A stretch of DNA of 35,651 nucleotides from an uncultured Gammaproteobacteria bacterium (GCA_964498085.1 CAZCFX010000001.1:4374-40024); one strand, 5' to 3'. Numbered from the stretch's first letter, positions 1-8,826 are shown. The notes: a model not told the origin generated them from the letters alone. Numbers and translations are program-made.

Positions 1-1009
1 TCACTAAGGGACCAGTACCAAGACCATTGCCGGACCAAGGTTTTTCTCGAAAATAAGAAATACTATCAGTCCAAAGAGTAATGCGCCAACCAATTGAACC
101 ATAAGGATCAAAATTAATCAGACTATTAACGCGAGCCGTAATTGGGGGGACAACCAGATAAAAGGCAAAGGCCAGGGAAGCAGCGGCTAATAAAAAAGCA
201 CGGAATTTTACCAAGCCAACAATTAAAAACACCAAAGCCAGGGCGACATAAGCACCGCGGGTATAAGTAAAAGCTAAAGCAATTATCAAAACCAGAGCTA
301 CCACTGAATAACCATAACTCTCGATTCTTTTTTTGCCCAAGTTGAGGGCGGCGAAAGTTGCCAAGGTAACTGGCAGAATCAAGAAGTAGGCCAACATGTT
401 TGGATGAGCAAAAGTACCAAAAATTCGATTCGTTCCTTCTTCGCTCATGCCAATTTCAAAATATAGTTGCCAGAAGCCAACACATACCGGAATAGCGGCA
501 GAAAAAATAATTACTCTAATTAAATTAGTTAAATCTTTTGGCGTTTTAAGTAGTAGGTAAGAAGTAACAAACAACAGAAAAATACTAAACAAACGAGAAA
601 ATTCATCAATAGTTGCTCCTTGATTTATAGTATAAAAAATAGATAAACCGCCAATAAATAAAAATATTAACCAAGTCCAAATAGCATTAAATTTTGGTAA
701 TTCGCGGTAATTTCTAATAATTGTTAGCAAACAAAAAACAATGGTCAGAATGGCGAAAAGAGAAGTAAAATTAAAAGAAGACTCATTAGTGAGGCGGTAT
801 TGGTATAAGAAATCAACTGTTGGTCGAAAGAAGATAAAAAGGAAAAGACCAAGTTTTGGCCAATTAATACCAACAAAAAAGATAATCGAGAAAAATATTG
901 CCACCAAAGAAAGAAGAATTGGTAGCTGAGCCAAGATGATTAGAGGGATGCTTAAAAAAATAAAAATCAAGCTCCATTCGTACTTAATTTTAAAATTTAA
1001 TTTTTTCAT
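1..1009 (-). CDS. O-antigen ligase/polymerase (Wzy_C-like) family polytopic membrane protein; C-terminus lies beyond the window edge
   Basis: Absent from the ORF track because it has no stop in the window. Hand translation of the reverse strand from ATG 1009-1007 gives an open frame of ~336 codons: MKKLNFKIKYEWSLIFIFLSIPLIILAQ...IFGTFAHPNMLAYFLILPVTLATF...FTYTRGAYVALALVFLIVG... It has many TM helices and an HPN/TRG region typical of the O-antigen ligase family. Confidence 0.7.
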   Translation of the reverse strand, partial: MKKLNFKIKYEWSLIFIFLSIPLIILAQLPILLSLVAIFFSIIFFVGINWPKLGLFLFIFFRPTVDFLYQYRLTNESSFNFTSLFAILTIVFCLLTIIRNYRELPKFNAIWTWLIFLFIGGLSIFYTINQGATIDEFSRLFSIFLLFVTSYLLLKTPKDLTNLIRVIIFSAAIPVCVGFWQLYFEIGMSEEGTNRIFGTFAHPNMLAYFLILPVTLATFAALNLGKKRIESYGYSVVALVLIIALAFTYTRGAYVALALVFLIVGLVKFRAFLLAAASLAFAFYLVVPPITARVNSLINFDPYGSIGWRITLWTDSISYFREKPWSGNGLGTGPLV

Positions 1010-1073
1010 AGCAGATGATTATGATATAATAATATTAGCCCGTTTTTATGGTAAAAGTAAAGCTTATTTTTGT

Positions 1074-2300
1074 ATGAAAATTCTTCAAGTCAATAAATTC
1101 AATTATCGCCGCGGTGGTGCCGAAAAATATTTTCTCGATATCACAGCCGCCTTGGAAGATGCTGGACATGAGCTTGCTGTTTTTTCGATGAATCATCCGA
1201 GTAACCGACCTTCACCGTGGACAAAATATTTTGTTTCTAATTTGGATTTTCGTCGCAATAATATTTTTGATCTTATTCGTACTCCGGGCAGAATTATTTA
1301 TAGTTGGTCAGCTCGTCGAAAATTTGCTCGTCTGCTTGATGATTTTCAACCAGATATTATTCATCTCCATAATATTTATCATCAAATTTCTCCATCAATT
1401 CTTGCGCCAGCAAAAAAGCGAGGAATTAAAATAGTGATGCATCTGCATGATTACAAACTATTTTGTCCAAACTACAAACTATATACCCAGAATTCTTTTT
1501 GTGAGCGTTGTCAGGATGGCAACTATCATCACTGCTTGGAGTATCGTTGTTTGGATAATTCTTATTTCCGCAGTTTGGTTGCTTATGTTGAAATGTGGTT
1601 TCATCATCGGGTCAAAAAATATTACGAAAACGGTATTGATCATTTTATTTCTCCAAGTGAATTTGTGAAAAATGAAGCAATAAAATTTTCTTGGCCGGCG
1701 GAAAAAATTTCAGTACTTTTGAATTTTATCGATTCTTCAGAAAAACCAGCAGAAATCAAGAAAGAGAACTACCTTCTTTATTATGGTCGTTTGAGTAATG
1801 AAAAAGGCGTCGATTTACTACTCAAAGCTTTGCAGAAATCTCCTCAAAGCTTTTTAAAGATTGCTGGAATTGGTTTGGAGGAAGAAAAATTAAAAGCTTT
1901 AACCAAAAAATACAAACTGGAAGAACGAGTAGAATTTTTGGGCTTCAAATTTGGTGCGGAGTTAGATTCTTTAATATCTTCCGCTAGGGCAGTAATTATT
2001 CCTTCTCGTTGGCCGGAGAATATGCCTTTTACTCTTTTGGAGTCGCTCAGCATGGGCACGCCGGTGATTGCGGCAAAAGTTGGCGGTTTACCAGAATTAG
2101 TTAAAGAAGGAGAAAATGGCTTTTTATTTGAATCAGAAAATGTTGACGACCTAGTGGCTAAAATTAATTCTTTGGATAATTTACCGCCCGACATTTCTCA
2201 AAAAGCAATTGCTAGTGTTTCTGAATTGACTCTGGAAAATCATTTAAAAAAATTACTAAATATTTATCAAGAAGTTCTAAACAAAAAACACCCTAGCTAA
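1074..2300 (+). CDS. Glycosyltransferase family 4 (GT-B fold)
   Basis: ORF-track 936..2300, start trimmed to ATG 1074. MKILQVNKFNYRRGGAEKY is a normal GT4 N-terminus, and the 46 upstream codons would overlap the divergent gene starting at 1009. The C-terminal half has the GT4 signature region PSRWPENMPFTLLESLSMGTPVIAAKVGGLPELV. Extended -10 TGaTATAAT lies at 1022-1030. Confidence 0.85.
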   Translation: MKILQVNKFNYRRGGAEKYFLDITAALEDAGHELAVFSMNHPSNRPSPWTKYFVSNLDFRRNNIFDLIRTPGRIIYSWSARRKFARLLDDFQPDIIHLHNIYHQISPSILAPAKKRGIKIVMHLHDYKLFCPNYKLYTQNSFCERCQDGNYHHCLEYRCLDNSYFRSLVAYVEMWFHHRVKKYYENGIDHFISPSEFVKNEAIKFSWPAEKISVLLNFIDSSEKPAEIKKENYLLYYGRLSNEKGVDLLLKALQKSPQSFLKIAGIGLEEEKLKALTKKYKLEERVEFLGFKFGAELDSLISSARAVIIPSRWPENMPFTLLESLSMGTPVIAAKVGGLPELVKEGENGFLFESENVDDLVAKINSLDNLPPDISQKAIASVSELTLENHLKKLLNIYQEVLNKKHPS

Positions 2301-2326
2301 TGGGGTGTTTTTTTATCTATCTTTTT

Positions 2327-3622
2327 TTATTTCTCAATAACGAAGCTGATACTATAAGTCATTTTTGAATTTTGTCCGTCGACTTTGATATCAACCGCTT
2401 TGTTTTCATTGCCGCTGGCAATCGGTGGAACTTTCAAATCGCTAGTAAATCTTCCTTGGTTATCAGTTTTTGCTTCTTGGTTTGCTTCGCCGTTAAAATA
2501 AATAACTAATTTTTCTCCCGGGGCAAATCCGCCGCCGCTTAATTTTACCGTAGCTTTTGCTTTAGCTTTCGCAATATCAGTTTTTAGCCACATATTTTCA
2601 GTAGGGGAAATAACTTCATCTTCGCCAGTATCACTAACAAAGAAGGCAACTTTTTCTAAATTTTGATTAAGCACCAAAATTCCAGAATTGTTGAAGACCA
2701 CTACGCGATCACCATTAGAAGTTGAGACAGCTTTTAAGCCCATTGCCCAACCATTGCCACCGTAAGAGCTGGTATATTTGAAGCCTTGAAGACGTAAATC
2801 GCTTTTTGCTAATTTTACTACCCCAACACCATTACTGAAATACAAACTAGAACCAGATAAAACGGTATCATAGCCAGGTTGATCAAGGTGACGGAAGCTA
2901 CCTTTCAAAGTACCATCAAGAGAAAATTTCTTGGCATAAAAATCATCAGTAACGAAAATATTTCCCTCGGCATCCATTGTTGCGCGACGATTACCATTAT
3001 CTTTTTCAAAATTTAAAGCAATTTCGGAAACAACTCTGCGACTATTGCGATCAAAAATGCGAAGGGAATTGCCACTAACATCAATTAAATAGCGACCATC
3101 TTCACTAACGCGGATATTATATTGATTATCTGTGTTTTTGAAGTCGTAGCTATCAATTACTTGCAAGTCTTTATTTAATAATTTTACACCCTTGCTACCA
3201 ATGGTAAAATAACTGTTACTAAAAGTTTGCATACCACCATACCATTCCCAATAAGTATTAGATACATTATTTTCCAAGATTGGGGCAGCATTTAATCCGC
3301 TAATATTGTATTTATCAATTCGGAAATCGGTTGCGGCATAAGCATAAAGATTAGCACCTTCTTTGGAGAGGGTTACTTCGTAATAACTACCATAGTTATT
3401 AAAGCGAGAATTGAATGGGCGAGTGCGACTAATTCTTTCTAGGTTACCACCATTCAAAACAAAAACTTCCATACCGCCGGTATTTGCTGAAGCAACTACC
3501 AATTGACCGTTGTAGCTAACCGCATCACCGGAGTAATAGGATTTATTTTTAGTTTGACCGAGAGGCACAGCGGCGAAAAATAGCACAGCGGCCAGCAAGG
3601 TGAGGGAAATTATTTTTTTCAT
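2327..3622 (-). CDS. Secreted protein of unknown function (repeat-rich, beta-propeller-like body plus C-terminal Ig-like domain)
   Basis: 431-aa ORF with the signal peptide MKKIISLTLLAAVLFFAAVPLG. Has repetitive Gly/Asn/aromatic beta-strand-like segments. The C-terminal ~90 aa (ATVKLSGGGFAPGEKLVIYFNGE...DIKVDG) look like a bacterial Ig-like fold. No catalytic motif recognised. Confidence 0.65.
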   Translation of the reverse strand: MKKIISLTLLAAVLFFAAVPLGQTKNKSYYSGDAVSYNGQLVVASANTGGMEVFVLNGGNLERISRTRPFNSRFNNYGSYYEVTLSKEGANLYAYAATDFRIDKYNISGLNAAPILENNVSNTYWEWYGGMQTFSNSYFTIGSKGVKLLNKDLQVIDSYDFKNTDNQYNIRVSEDGRYLIDVSGNSLRIFDRNSRRVVSEIALNFEKDNGNRRATMDAEGNIFVTDDFYAKKFSLDGTLKGSFRHLDQPGYDTVLSGSSLYFSNGVGVVKLAKSDLRLQGFKYTSSYGGNGWAMGLKAVSTSNGDRVVVFNNSGILVLNQNLEKVAFFVSDTGEDEVISPTENMWLKTDIAKAKAKATVKLSGGGFAPGEKLVIYFNGEANQEAKTDNQGRFTSDLKVPPIASGNENKAVDIKVDGQNSKMTYSISFVIEK

Positions 3623-3661
3623 ATATTTTCTTATTTGACTTTCTTTAATTTTCGTATCCTC

Positions 3662-3690
3662 ATTTTACACTGTTTATCTTTTTTTGTCAA
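3662..3690 (-). promoter_or_regulatory. sigma70-type promoter for the 2327..3622 gene (TTGACA-17-TAAAAT)
   Basis: Reverse strand reads TTGACA (3690-3685), a 17-nt spacer, then TAAAAT (3667-3662), about 40 nt upstream of ATG 3622. Confidence 0.55.
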
Positions 3691-3722
3691 GAGTTGGGCA
3701 GAGCAGCCTGGACGCTTGGCTA

Positions 3723-3751
3723 TTGACAAATAAAAAGTTATATATTATAAT
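3723..3751 (+). promoter_or_regulatory. Consensus sigma70 promoter for the Wzz-like gene (TTGACA-17-TATAAT)
   Basis: TTGACA at 3723-3728, exactly 17 nt of spacer, TATAAT at 3746-3751, 45 nt upstream of ATG 3797. Confidence 0.65.
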
Positions 3752-3796
3752 AAAGGGTCAGATTATGGAAGCATTCTCGATAAAATAATAACATTT

Positions 3797-4627
3797 ATGG
3801 AATTAAAAGATTTTATTAAACTTTTGTCAAAAAAACGACAGACCATCTGGGCCTGGATTTTCGTATTTATTGCCTTGGGTTTGATTATTACCTTTGTTCA
3901 ACCTTTAAAGTATAGTGCCAAGTCAAAATTATTAGTGATTCAAAACACAAGAGACGTTGATCCTTATACTGTTTCTAAATCAAATGAATATCTAGGAAAT
4001 TTGTTTTCTCAAGTTTTATATTCTAGCTCTTTCTACGATTTAACTCTCAGCTCTCAATATAATGTTGATCGTTCTTATTTTGGCAGCGATGCCACTCGCC
4101 AACAAAAAACTTGGAAGAAAACAGTGAAGGCACAAAGTTTGAACAATACCGGAATTATTGAAATGGAAATTTATCATCCAGATCCTTATCAAGCAAAACA
4201 ATTAGCTTTGGCGGTTAATGATGTTTTGATGAATAAGAATTTTAATTATCAAGGAATGGGCGACACAGTTAAAGTAAATGTTATTGATCAGCCTTTGGTT
4301 TCTAATTATCCAACCAACCCAAATCCTTTAATTAATTTTGGACTCTCAGTCGTTCTTGGTGTTGCTTTTGGTTTTGTTTATATTTATTTTCTACCGGAAG
4401 AAAAATATAATTTTTATCTTTTTGGCAAGCCAAAATCTCGTCGCAAAAAAAAGCAAAAAGAAATTTTAGTACAAACAAAAACAGTGAAAGCAGAAAAGAT
4501 TCCCGTTCATTTGGATAATCAAAATATTGAAACAGAATTTTTGGCCGGCAACTTTGTTGAACCGATATCGTCAGAAAAGCCAGTAGAATTAAAAGGTAAT
4601 ATGGCAAATATTTTGCCACGAGAATAA
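3797..4627 (+). CDS. Wzz-like polysaccharide chain-length determinant family protein (short form)
   Basis: N-terminus MELKDFIKLLSKKRQTIWAWIFVFIALGLIITFVQPLKYSAKSKLLV is Wzz-domain-like. It has an N-terminal TM, an extracytoplasmic region, a second TM (LINFGLSVVLGVAFGFVYIYFL), then a Lys-rich tail. Confidence 0.7.
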   Translation: MELKDFIKLLSKKRQTIWAWIFVFIALGLIITFVQPLKYSAKSKLLVIQNTRDVDPYTVSKSNEYLGNLFSQVLYSSSFYDLTLSSQYNVDRSYFGSDATRQQKTWKKTVKAQSLNNTGIIEMEIYHPDPYQAKQLALAVNDVLMNKNFNYQGMGDTVKVNVIDQPLVSNYPTNPNPLINFGLSVVLGVAFGFVYIYFLPEEKYNFYLFGKPKSRRKKKQKEILVQTKTVKAEKIPVHLDNQNIETEFLAGNFVEPISSEKPVELKGNMANILPRE

Positions 4628-4723
4628 TTTTGTTTTCTCGCTAGTGCTTTAAAAGAGCACTGGCAAGAGAACGAAAATCGTTCTCCGTACATTTAAAATA
4701 AAATAACAAAAACAAATAAGGAG

Positions 4724-5590
4724 ATGAAAAAGATTATTTTTTCTTTGGTAATGGTAATCACAGTGTTTATCATGACCGGTTTGAGTTTAAAGGCTCAAAT
4801 AATTGACGTAACTGCTGAAAAAAATTTTAGCAGTATCGGTAAGACCTACGAGGGTCAATCTGATAATTATGGTTTCCAAGTTCGTCCTTTCTCTGTTGGG
4901 GAAGGAGGTTATTTCGGATTCTATTTAGACCATAAATATAATCAATTTGCTCATTGTTTTATTACTAATGGTAGAGAAACTGCTTGGTCAGGAGGTCTTT
5001 CATTTGTTAATTTAAACAATAACAATAATTTATTTTTCAAAATGAATCTTGGTTTAAAACAAGCAACGATTCGTTATGAAAAATTAAATTGCGATTACAA
5101 TGATTATCAAAAAGATTTTCTTTTTGATGGTCTAATGACCTTGGCCTATTATAGACCGGAAGTTGATTTTTTCAACAGAACTATAATTACAGCAAGCATG
5201 AATCAACCAATAACTTCTCAAAAGAAGTTATACTATGATTCTAAAATTGTGGATTTACCAGATTCAGTATCGGCAAATTTGCAATATTTTTCCTTAAATT
5301 TGGATCAAACTTTACTTAGATTTTATTTAAGTGAAGATTGGATTGCAAATTTGGATGTTAACATTGGATATTCTTTTGAACATCCAATTATAACCAGCAC
5401 CAAAGAAATTGAAAATTCTTCTTTCATTTTTGGGGGAAGTATTAGTATTTTTGGTGGGGAACACTTTTATCAAAATATGATAAAAGTATATGCCTATCAA
5501 CAAGTTGGTGGATTTATGCCTGGATCATATTGTGGCGTATCTGCTGATCTATTTGCGTGGTCTGTTTTTTTCTCACGTAAAGGTTGTTAA
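4724..5590 (+). CDS. Orphan secreted protein, beta-strand-rich (possible beta-barrel-like); function unknown
   Basis: 288-aa ORF with the signal peptide MKKIIFSLVMVITVFIMTGLSLKA/Q. Aromatic/Gly/Asn-rich alternating segments. Hand-counted GC of two 60-nt lines is ~25-30%, below the neighbouring genes. Confidence 0.6.
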   Translation: MKKIIFSLVMVITVFIMTGLSLKAQIIDVTAEKNFSSIGKTYEGQSDNYGFQVRPFSVGEGGYFGFYLDHKYNQFAHCFITNGRETAWSGGLSFVNLNNNNNLFFKMNLGLKQATIRYEKLNCDYNDYQKDFLFDGLMTLAYYRPEVDFFNRTIITASMNQPITSQKKLYYDSKIVDLPDSVSANLQYFSLNLDQTLLRFYLSEDWIANLDVNIGYSFEHPIITSTKEIENSSFIFGGSISIFGGEHFYQNMIKVYAYQQVGGFMPGSYCGVSADLFAWSVFFSRKGC

Positions 5591-5604
5591 AAAAGGAGGT
5601 TGAA

Positions 5605-6141
5605 ATGAAAAAAATAACAGATTTTTTTAAAGGAAAGGCATTTAAAAGAACGTTAGTGTTAGTAGTTGTCTTAATTGTGGCTATTTTGATTGTGTTTGGT
5701 TTCAGGTCCTGCAATATGGGCAAGAAAAAAAATACAGAAAAGCCGAAAGTTGTTCAAGTAGACAATAAGCAAAAGCAAATTGATTCTTTGAAAAATGCTT
5801 TGATTGTTTCTCAAGAACAACTAGCTGATTGCCAAAAAAATTGTAACAAAAAAGCACCCGCAAAAATTACCAAAAAACCTATCAGAAAAAAAACAAAAAA
5901 AAATGTTCCAAAGGTAGAGGTTCAGGTGCCAGTAGTTGTTGAGGTTGTTAAAGTTCCAGAAAATGTTGAACTAAAACTCAATCCGACTAGTACTTTGGAA
6001 AAAAAAGTTAATGTAACCGAGAAACAAAAGAAACCGGTTACAAAAATTGTTCCAAAAAAAATTGAGACTAAAAAAGTTGAAACAGAAGATGATTGTCCAA
6101 CATGTCCAAGAAGATATGGGACAATTGAATTTCACTATTAA
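5605..6141 (+). CDS. Membrane-anchored lysine-rich protein of unknown function
   Basis: ORF-track 5584..6141, start moved to ATG 5605, which sits 5 nt after a strong SD (AAAGGAGG 5592-5599). It has an N-terminal TM (LVLVVVLIVAILIVFGF), a K/P/V-rich low-complexity body, and the C-terminal motif CPTCPRRYG. Confidence 0.6.
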   Translation: MKKITDFFKGKAFKRTLVLVVVLIVAILIVFGFRSCNMGKKKNTEKPKVVQVDNKQKQIDSLKNALIVSQEQLADCQKNCNKKAPAKITKKPIRKKTKKNVPKVEVQVPVVVEVVKVPENVELKLNPTSTLEKKVNVTEKQKKPVTKIVPKKIETKKVETEDDCPTCPRRYGTIEFHY

Positions 6142-6173
6142 AATCTATCAAAACCTTCGGGTTTTAAAACAGA

Positions 6174-6207
6174 AAGTCGCTTCAATGCAGAAGCGACTTT
6201 TTTCTTT
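6174..6207 (+). terminator. Rho-independent terminator after the 4724-6141 gene pair
   Basis: 10-bp stem AAGTCGCTTC (6174-6183) / GAAGCGACTT (6190-6199), a 6-nt loop, then TTTTTCTTT. A smaller AAAACC-TTCG-GGTTTT hairpin precedes it at 6150-6165. Confidence 0.75.
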
Positions 6208-6221
6208 GCCAAAAATTTTTT

Positions 6222-6273
6222 AAAAAGAAAAAGCCCTCAATCCAAATTAATGAATTGAGGGTTTTGTGTTTTT
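6222..6273. terminator. Bidirectional hairpin terminator (serves the minus-strand gene 6292..7440)
   Basis: Stem CCCTCAAT (6234-6241) / ATTGAGGG (6254-6261), with an A-rich run upstream and a T-rich run (TTTTGTGTTTTT) downstream. A U-tail is therefore available on both strands. Confidence 0.6.
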
Positions 6274-6291
6274 AGTTTTCTTTTTACTTTT

Positions 6292-7440
6292 TTACCAAGG
6301 AGGATTTACTCCGGCTGGAATAGTAAATGTTTGATTCCCACTATTTGGGCCCCAATATGAACTACTCCAAAAATGGTAAGTATTAGTTTGGCTAACACTT
6401 GGTAATATGTTAAAAGTGATTGCTCCATTATTGAAGTCACTTTGGTTAACATCGACATACCAATGATTGCCATAAGGATCATTATAATCCTTATTCATAG
6501 TTACCACTTGCTGTCCTGACGGATAGTAAAGTTTCAAACCCGGACTCATACCGGATGTCACCACGAATGTGCCAGGACAAGCCTTTACGTTGATTCTTAA
6601 CTTGCCATTGTTTAATCGGTTAAGATTAATCAATTGATCTCCGATAGAGCCTGGATCCCAAATTGGGAAAGTTCCATTGGCCATACAGACAACATCCACA
6701 CATCCAAAACTGTTCCACCTTGTTAACGAGTGTTCATTCTCGTTTACATTTGTGCTAAGTCTGGCCCAGATTTCTGAACCATTTTGCATGTTGATGATTG
6801 TAAATCTTTGGGTTCCGTCAGTGGTAAAGTATACCCAACCATTGCTAGCTGGGGCACTTATCTGAAGCAAATTCCAACCATTAGCGTCGCCACGATAGCG
6901 ACAATCGGTTGAGTAGTTTGTACCAAACGCCTTAGCACAATTTAAGCGCCAGTAGTTTCGCCAACTACCATTGCCTAGATATAAGGAGTCATATTTGACT
7001 AATAAAGAATCATAATCCGTGATTGGATTAATTACTTTATTACACACATGAATCCATTTGGTGGCGATTGCTGAATCGCCAGTGGCATTTGGTCCACTAA
7101 AAATAGCTAATCTAATTAAGTAGTCACCGATACTGGCGTAGGTGTGACTACCGGTAATTTGATTGTTATTGTTAATGTTAATCGGTCCATGAGTACTGCC
7201 GTCACCCCAAGATATTCGAAAAGATTGAATATTACCTGTGCTTAAAGCACCAGATAATCCTAAGGCAGTGTTCACCTGAACACTATCTTCAGCATCAATA
7301 TTTCCTGAAAGGGAAATGACAGCATTCAAATTTTGCGGGCCTGGATAGCCATCACAAATGTCATCATACTCATCTCGACAAGAGATGAATGCTGTTGCGG
7401 CAACTATTGCTACAATCAACAAAAAGAAAATTTTCTTCAT
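6292..7440 (-). CDS. PKD-domain lipoprotein, function unknown
   Basis: 382-aa ORF. Lipoprotein signal MKKIFFLLIVAIVAATAFIS-C followed by the acidic stretch RDEYDD. PKD-like motif ISWGDGSTHGP...GSHTYASIGDYLIRLAI. The Trp/Asn/Gly-rich C-terminal ~250 aa match nothing I recognise. Confidence 0.7.
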   Translation of the reverse strand: MKKIFFLLIVAIVAATAFISCRDEYDDICDGYPGPQNLNAVISLSGNIDAEDSVQVNTALGLSGALSTGNIQSFRISWGDGSTHGPININNNNQITGSHTYASIGDYLIRLAIFSGPNATGDSAIATKWIHVCNKVINPITDYDSLLVKYDSLYLGNGSWRNYWRLNCAKAFGTNYSTDCRYRGDANGWNLLQISAPASNGWVYFTTDGTQRFTIINMQNGSEIWARLSTNVNENEHSLTRWNSFGCVDVVCMANGTFPIWDPGSIGDQLINLNRLNNGKLRINVKACPGTFVVTSGMSPGLKLYYPSGQQVVTMNKDYNDPYGNHWYVDVNQSDFNNGAITFNILPSVSQTNTYHFWSSSYWGPNSGNQTFTIPAGVNPPW

Positions 7441-7523
7441 TTTTAATTATTTTTGAAATTGTTAAATTACGTTTTTACAGAGATAACTTTTATCTCATCA
7501 TCAGAATTTATAAAAATTCTAAT

Positions 7524-7542
7524 GGCGGGATAAAAATCCGCC
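7524..7542. terminator. Hairpin terminator immediately after the GT4 stop codon
   Basis: GGCGGGA-TAAAAA-TCCGCC (one bulged base) at 7524-7542, flanked by T-runs on both strands. The stop of gene 7544..8659 is 2 nt away. Confidence 0.55.
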
Positions 7543-7543
7543 T

Positions 7544-8659
7544 TTATTTTTTGACAACTAAATTCTCATAGAGCTTCTTGGTATTGTCGGTAATAATATC
7601 CCAGTTATATTCAGTGTTTGCTCGTTCACGAAGTTTTTGACCAATCTCATTAGCCAAATCCGGATTGCTATCTATCTCGGAGATTTTATTTTTTAAGTCT
7701 TCAATATTTTTATTTTCAAAAATTAAAGCTTGGCCGGCAACTGCTTCCAGGTTTGCAGGAATATTACTGACCACGCAGGGAAGACCATAAGACATTGCTT
7801 CCAAGAGAGCAACCGACAAACCTTCATATTCGGATGGTTGGATAAAAGCATAAGCATTGGCATAAAGCTGAGCTAAAACTTTTCCACTTTGGTTATCGGT
7901 GAAAATTATTTTTGGATTATCAGCCGCTAATTTTTTTAATTCAGCAACATATTCATCAGTAAAAGCACCTCCACCAACAATCACTAATTTTTTTTCGGTA
8001 TTTAATTTTTGATAAGCTTCAATCAAATAGTGAATCCCTTTATGTCTAACTAAACGGGAAATAGAAACAAAGTATTCTCCTTTTTGTAAATTCCAAGCGC
8101 TCAATAAATCTGAATCACTTTCGGTTACTTTTTCAGCACCATTAGGAATATAAGTGGCCTCAATGCCGTATTTTTCTTTACTATATTTTTTTAGTTCTTC
8201 GGAAATAGTAATTACTTGATCAGCATAGCGGCAACCAATTGATTCGCCTAGCTTGAGATACCAACGAGCAAGACGACCCCATTTTTGATGATGATAATCT
8301 TGGCAGTGAAAAGTAAAAACTATCTTTAGTTTTGGTCGGAATAACTTTAATAAAAAGATTAATGAGGATGGTCCAACGGAATGAAAGTGTACAATATCTG
8401 GTCGACGACGGAAAATCAAATCAAGACAAGCAAAAAAGGTGTGAGAAATAGCATCTAGATTTTTGGTGCCAATACTTGGCAAGTTAATAATATTTACGCC
8501 TTGGTATTGTTTTATCTTTTTATCTTGATAATTATTTCTCGCATAAACAAAAACCTCTTGGCCACTATTTGCCAAACGAATTGCTAAATTCTCGACGTGT
8601 TTTTCAACTCCGCCATTTTTAGCTGGTATTCCTTTTTGTCCAATTAAATAGGCTTTCAT
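7544..8659 (-). CDS. Glycosyltransferase family 4
   Basis: 371 aa. N-terminus MKAYLIGQKGIPAKNGGVEKHVENLAIRLANSGQEVFVY is GT4-like. The C-terminal region has IQPSEYEGLSVALLEAMSYGLPCVVSN, the E-x7-E-type motif of retaining GT4 enzymes. Confidence 0.85.
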   Translation of the reverse strand: MKAYLIGQKGIPAKNGGVEKHVENLAIRLANSGQEVFVYARNNYQDKKIKQYQGVNIINLPSIGTKNLDAISHTFFACLDLIFRRRPDIVHFHSVGPSSLIFLLKLFRPKLKIVFTFHCQDYHHQKWGRLARWYLKLGESIGCRYADQVITISEELKKYSKEKYGIEATYIPNGAEKVTESDSDLLSAWNLQKGEYFVSISRLVRHKGIHYLIEAYQKLNTEKKLVIVGGGAFTDEYVAELKKLAADNPKIIFTDNQSGKVLAQLYANAYAFIQPSEYEGLSVALLEAMSYGLPCVVSNIPANLEAVAGQALIFENKNIEDLKNKISEIDSNPDLANEIGQKLRERANTEYNWDIITDNTKKLYENLVVKK

Positions 8660-8684
8660 AGATATGTGTATTACTTGACCCTTA

Positions 8685-8713
8685 ATAATACATCATTTCT
8701 GTTCTTTTGTCAA
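8685..8713 (-). promoter_or_regulatory. sigma70-type promoter for GT4 7544..8659 (TTGACA-17-TATTAT)
   Basis: Reverse strand reads TTGACA (8713-8708), a 17-nt spacer, then TATTAT (8690-8685), 26 nt upstream of ATG 8659. Confidence 0.55.
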
Positions 8714-8771
8714 TACCTTGAGTCCCTTTTTCGCAAAAAAAATTTAGCCAAAATTAAACAAAAAAAATGTT

Positions 8772-8802
8772 AAAAAAAATTCCCGAAACTTTTCGGGAAT
8801 TT
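8772..8802 (-). terminator. Rho-independent terminator of corA
   Basis: Stem AATTCCCGAA (8779-8788) / TTCGGGAATT (8793-8802). On the minus strand it is followed by TTTTTTT (A-run 8772-8778 on plus), 25 nt downstream of the corA stop. Confidence 0.75.
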
Positions 8803-8826
8803 TGTAAAATATCTTTGACGTTTTGT

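Noticed and set aside
741-929. 62-aa plus-strand ORF from the track (MVRMAKREVKLKED...)
   Set aside because: It lies entirely antisense to the long open O-antigen-ligase-like frame (1-1009, minus). Its Lys/Arg-rich composition is what an antisense reading of a TM-rich, AT-rich gene gives.
936-1073. N-terminal 46-codon extension of the GT4 ORF (start at 936)
   Set aside because: It would overlap the divergent gene starting at 1009 by 74 nt. The extension has no GT4-like sequence, and MKILQVNKF at 1074 is a typical GT4 start.
1231-2194. Three track ORFs inside the GT4 gene (1231..1434 +, 1447..1668 +, 1844..2194 -)
   Set aside because: They are alternative-frame or antisense shadows within a well-supported GT4 CDS, with low-complexity hydrophobic or Ser-rich translations.
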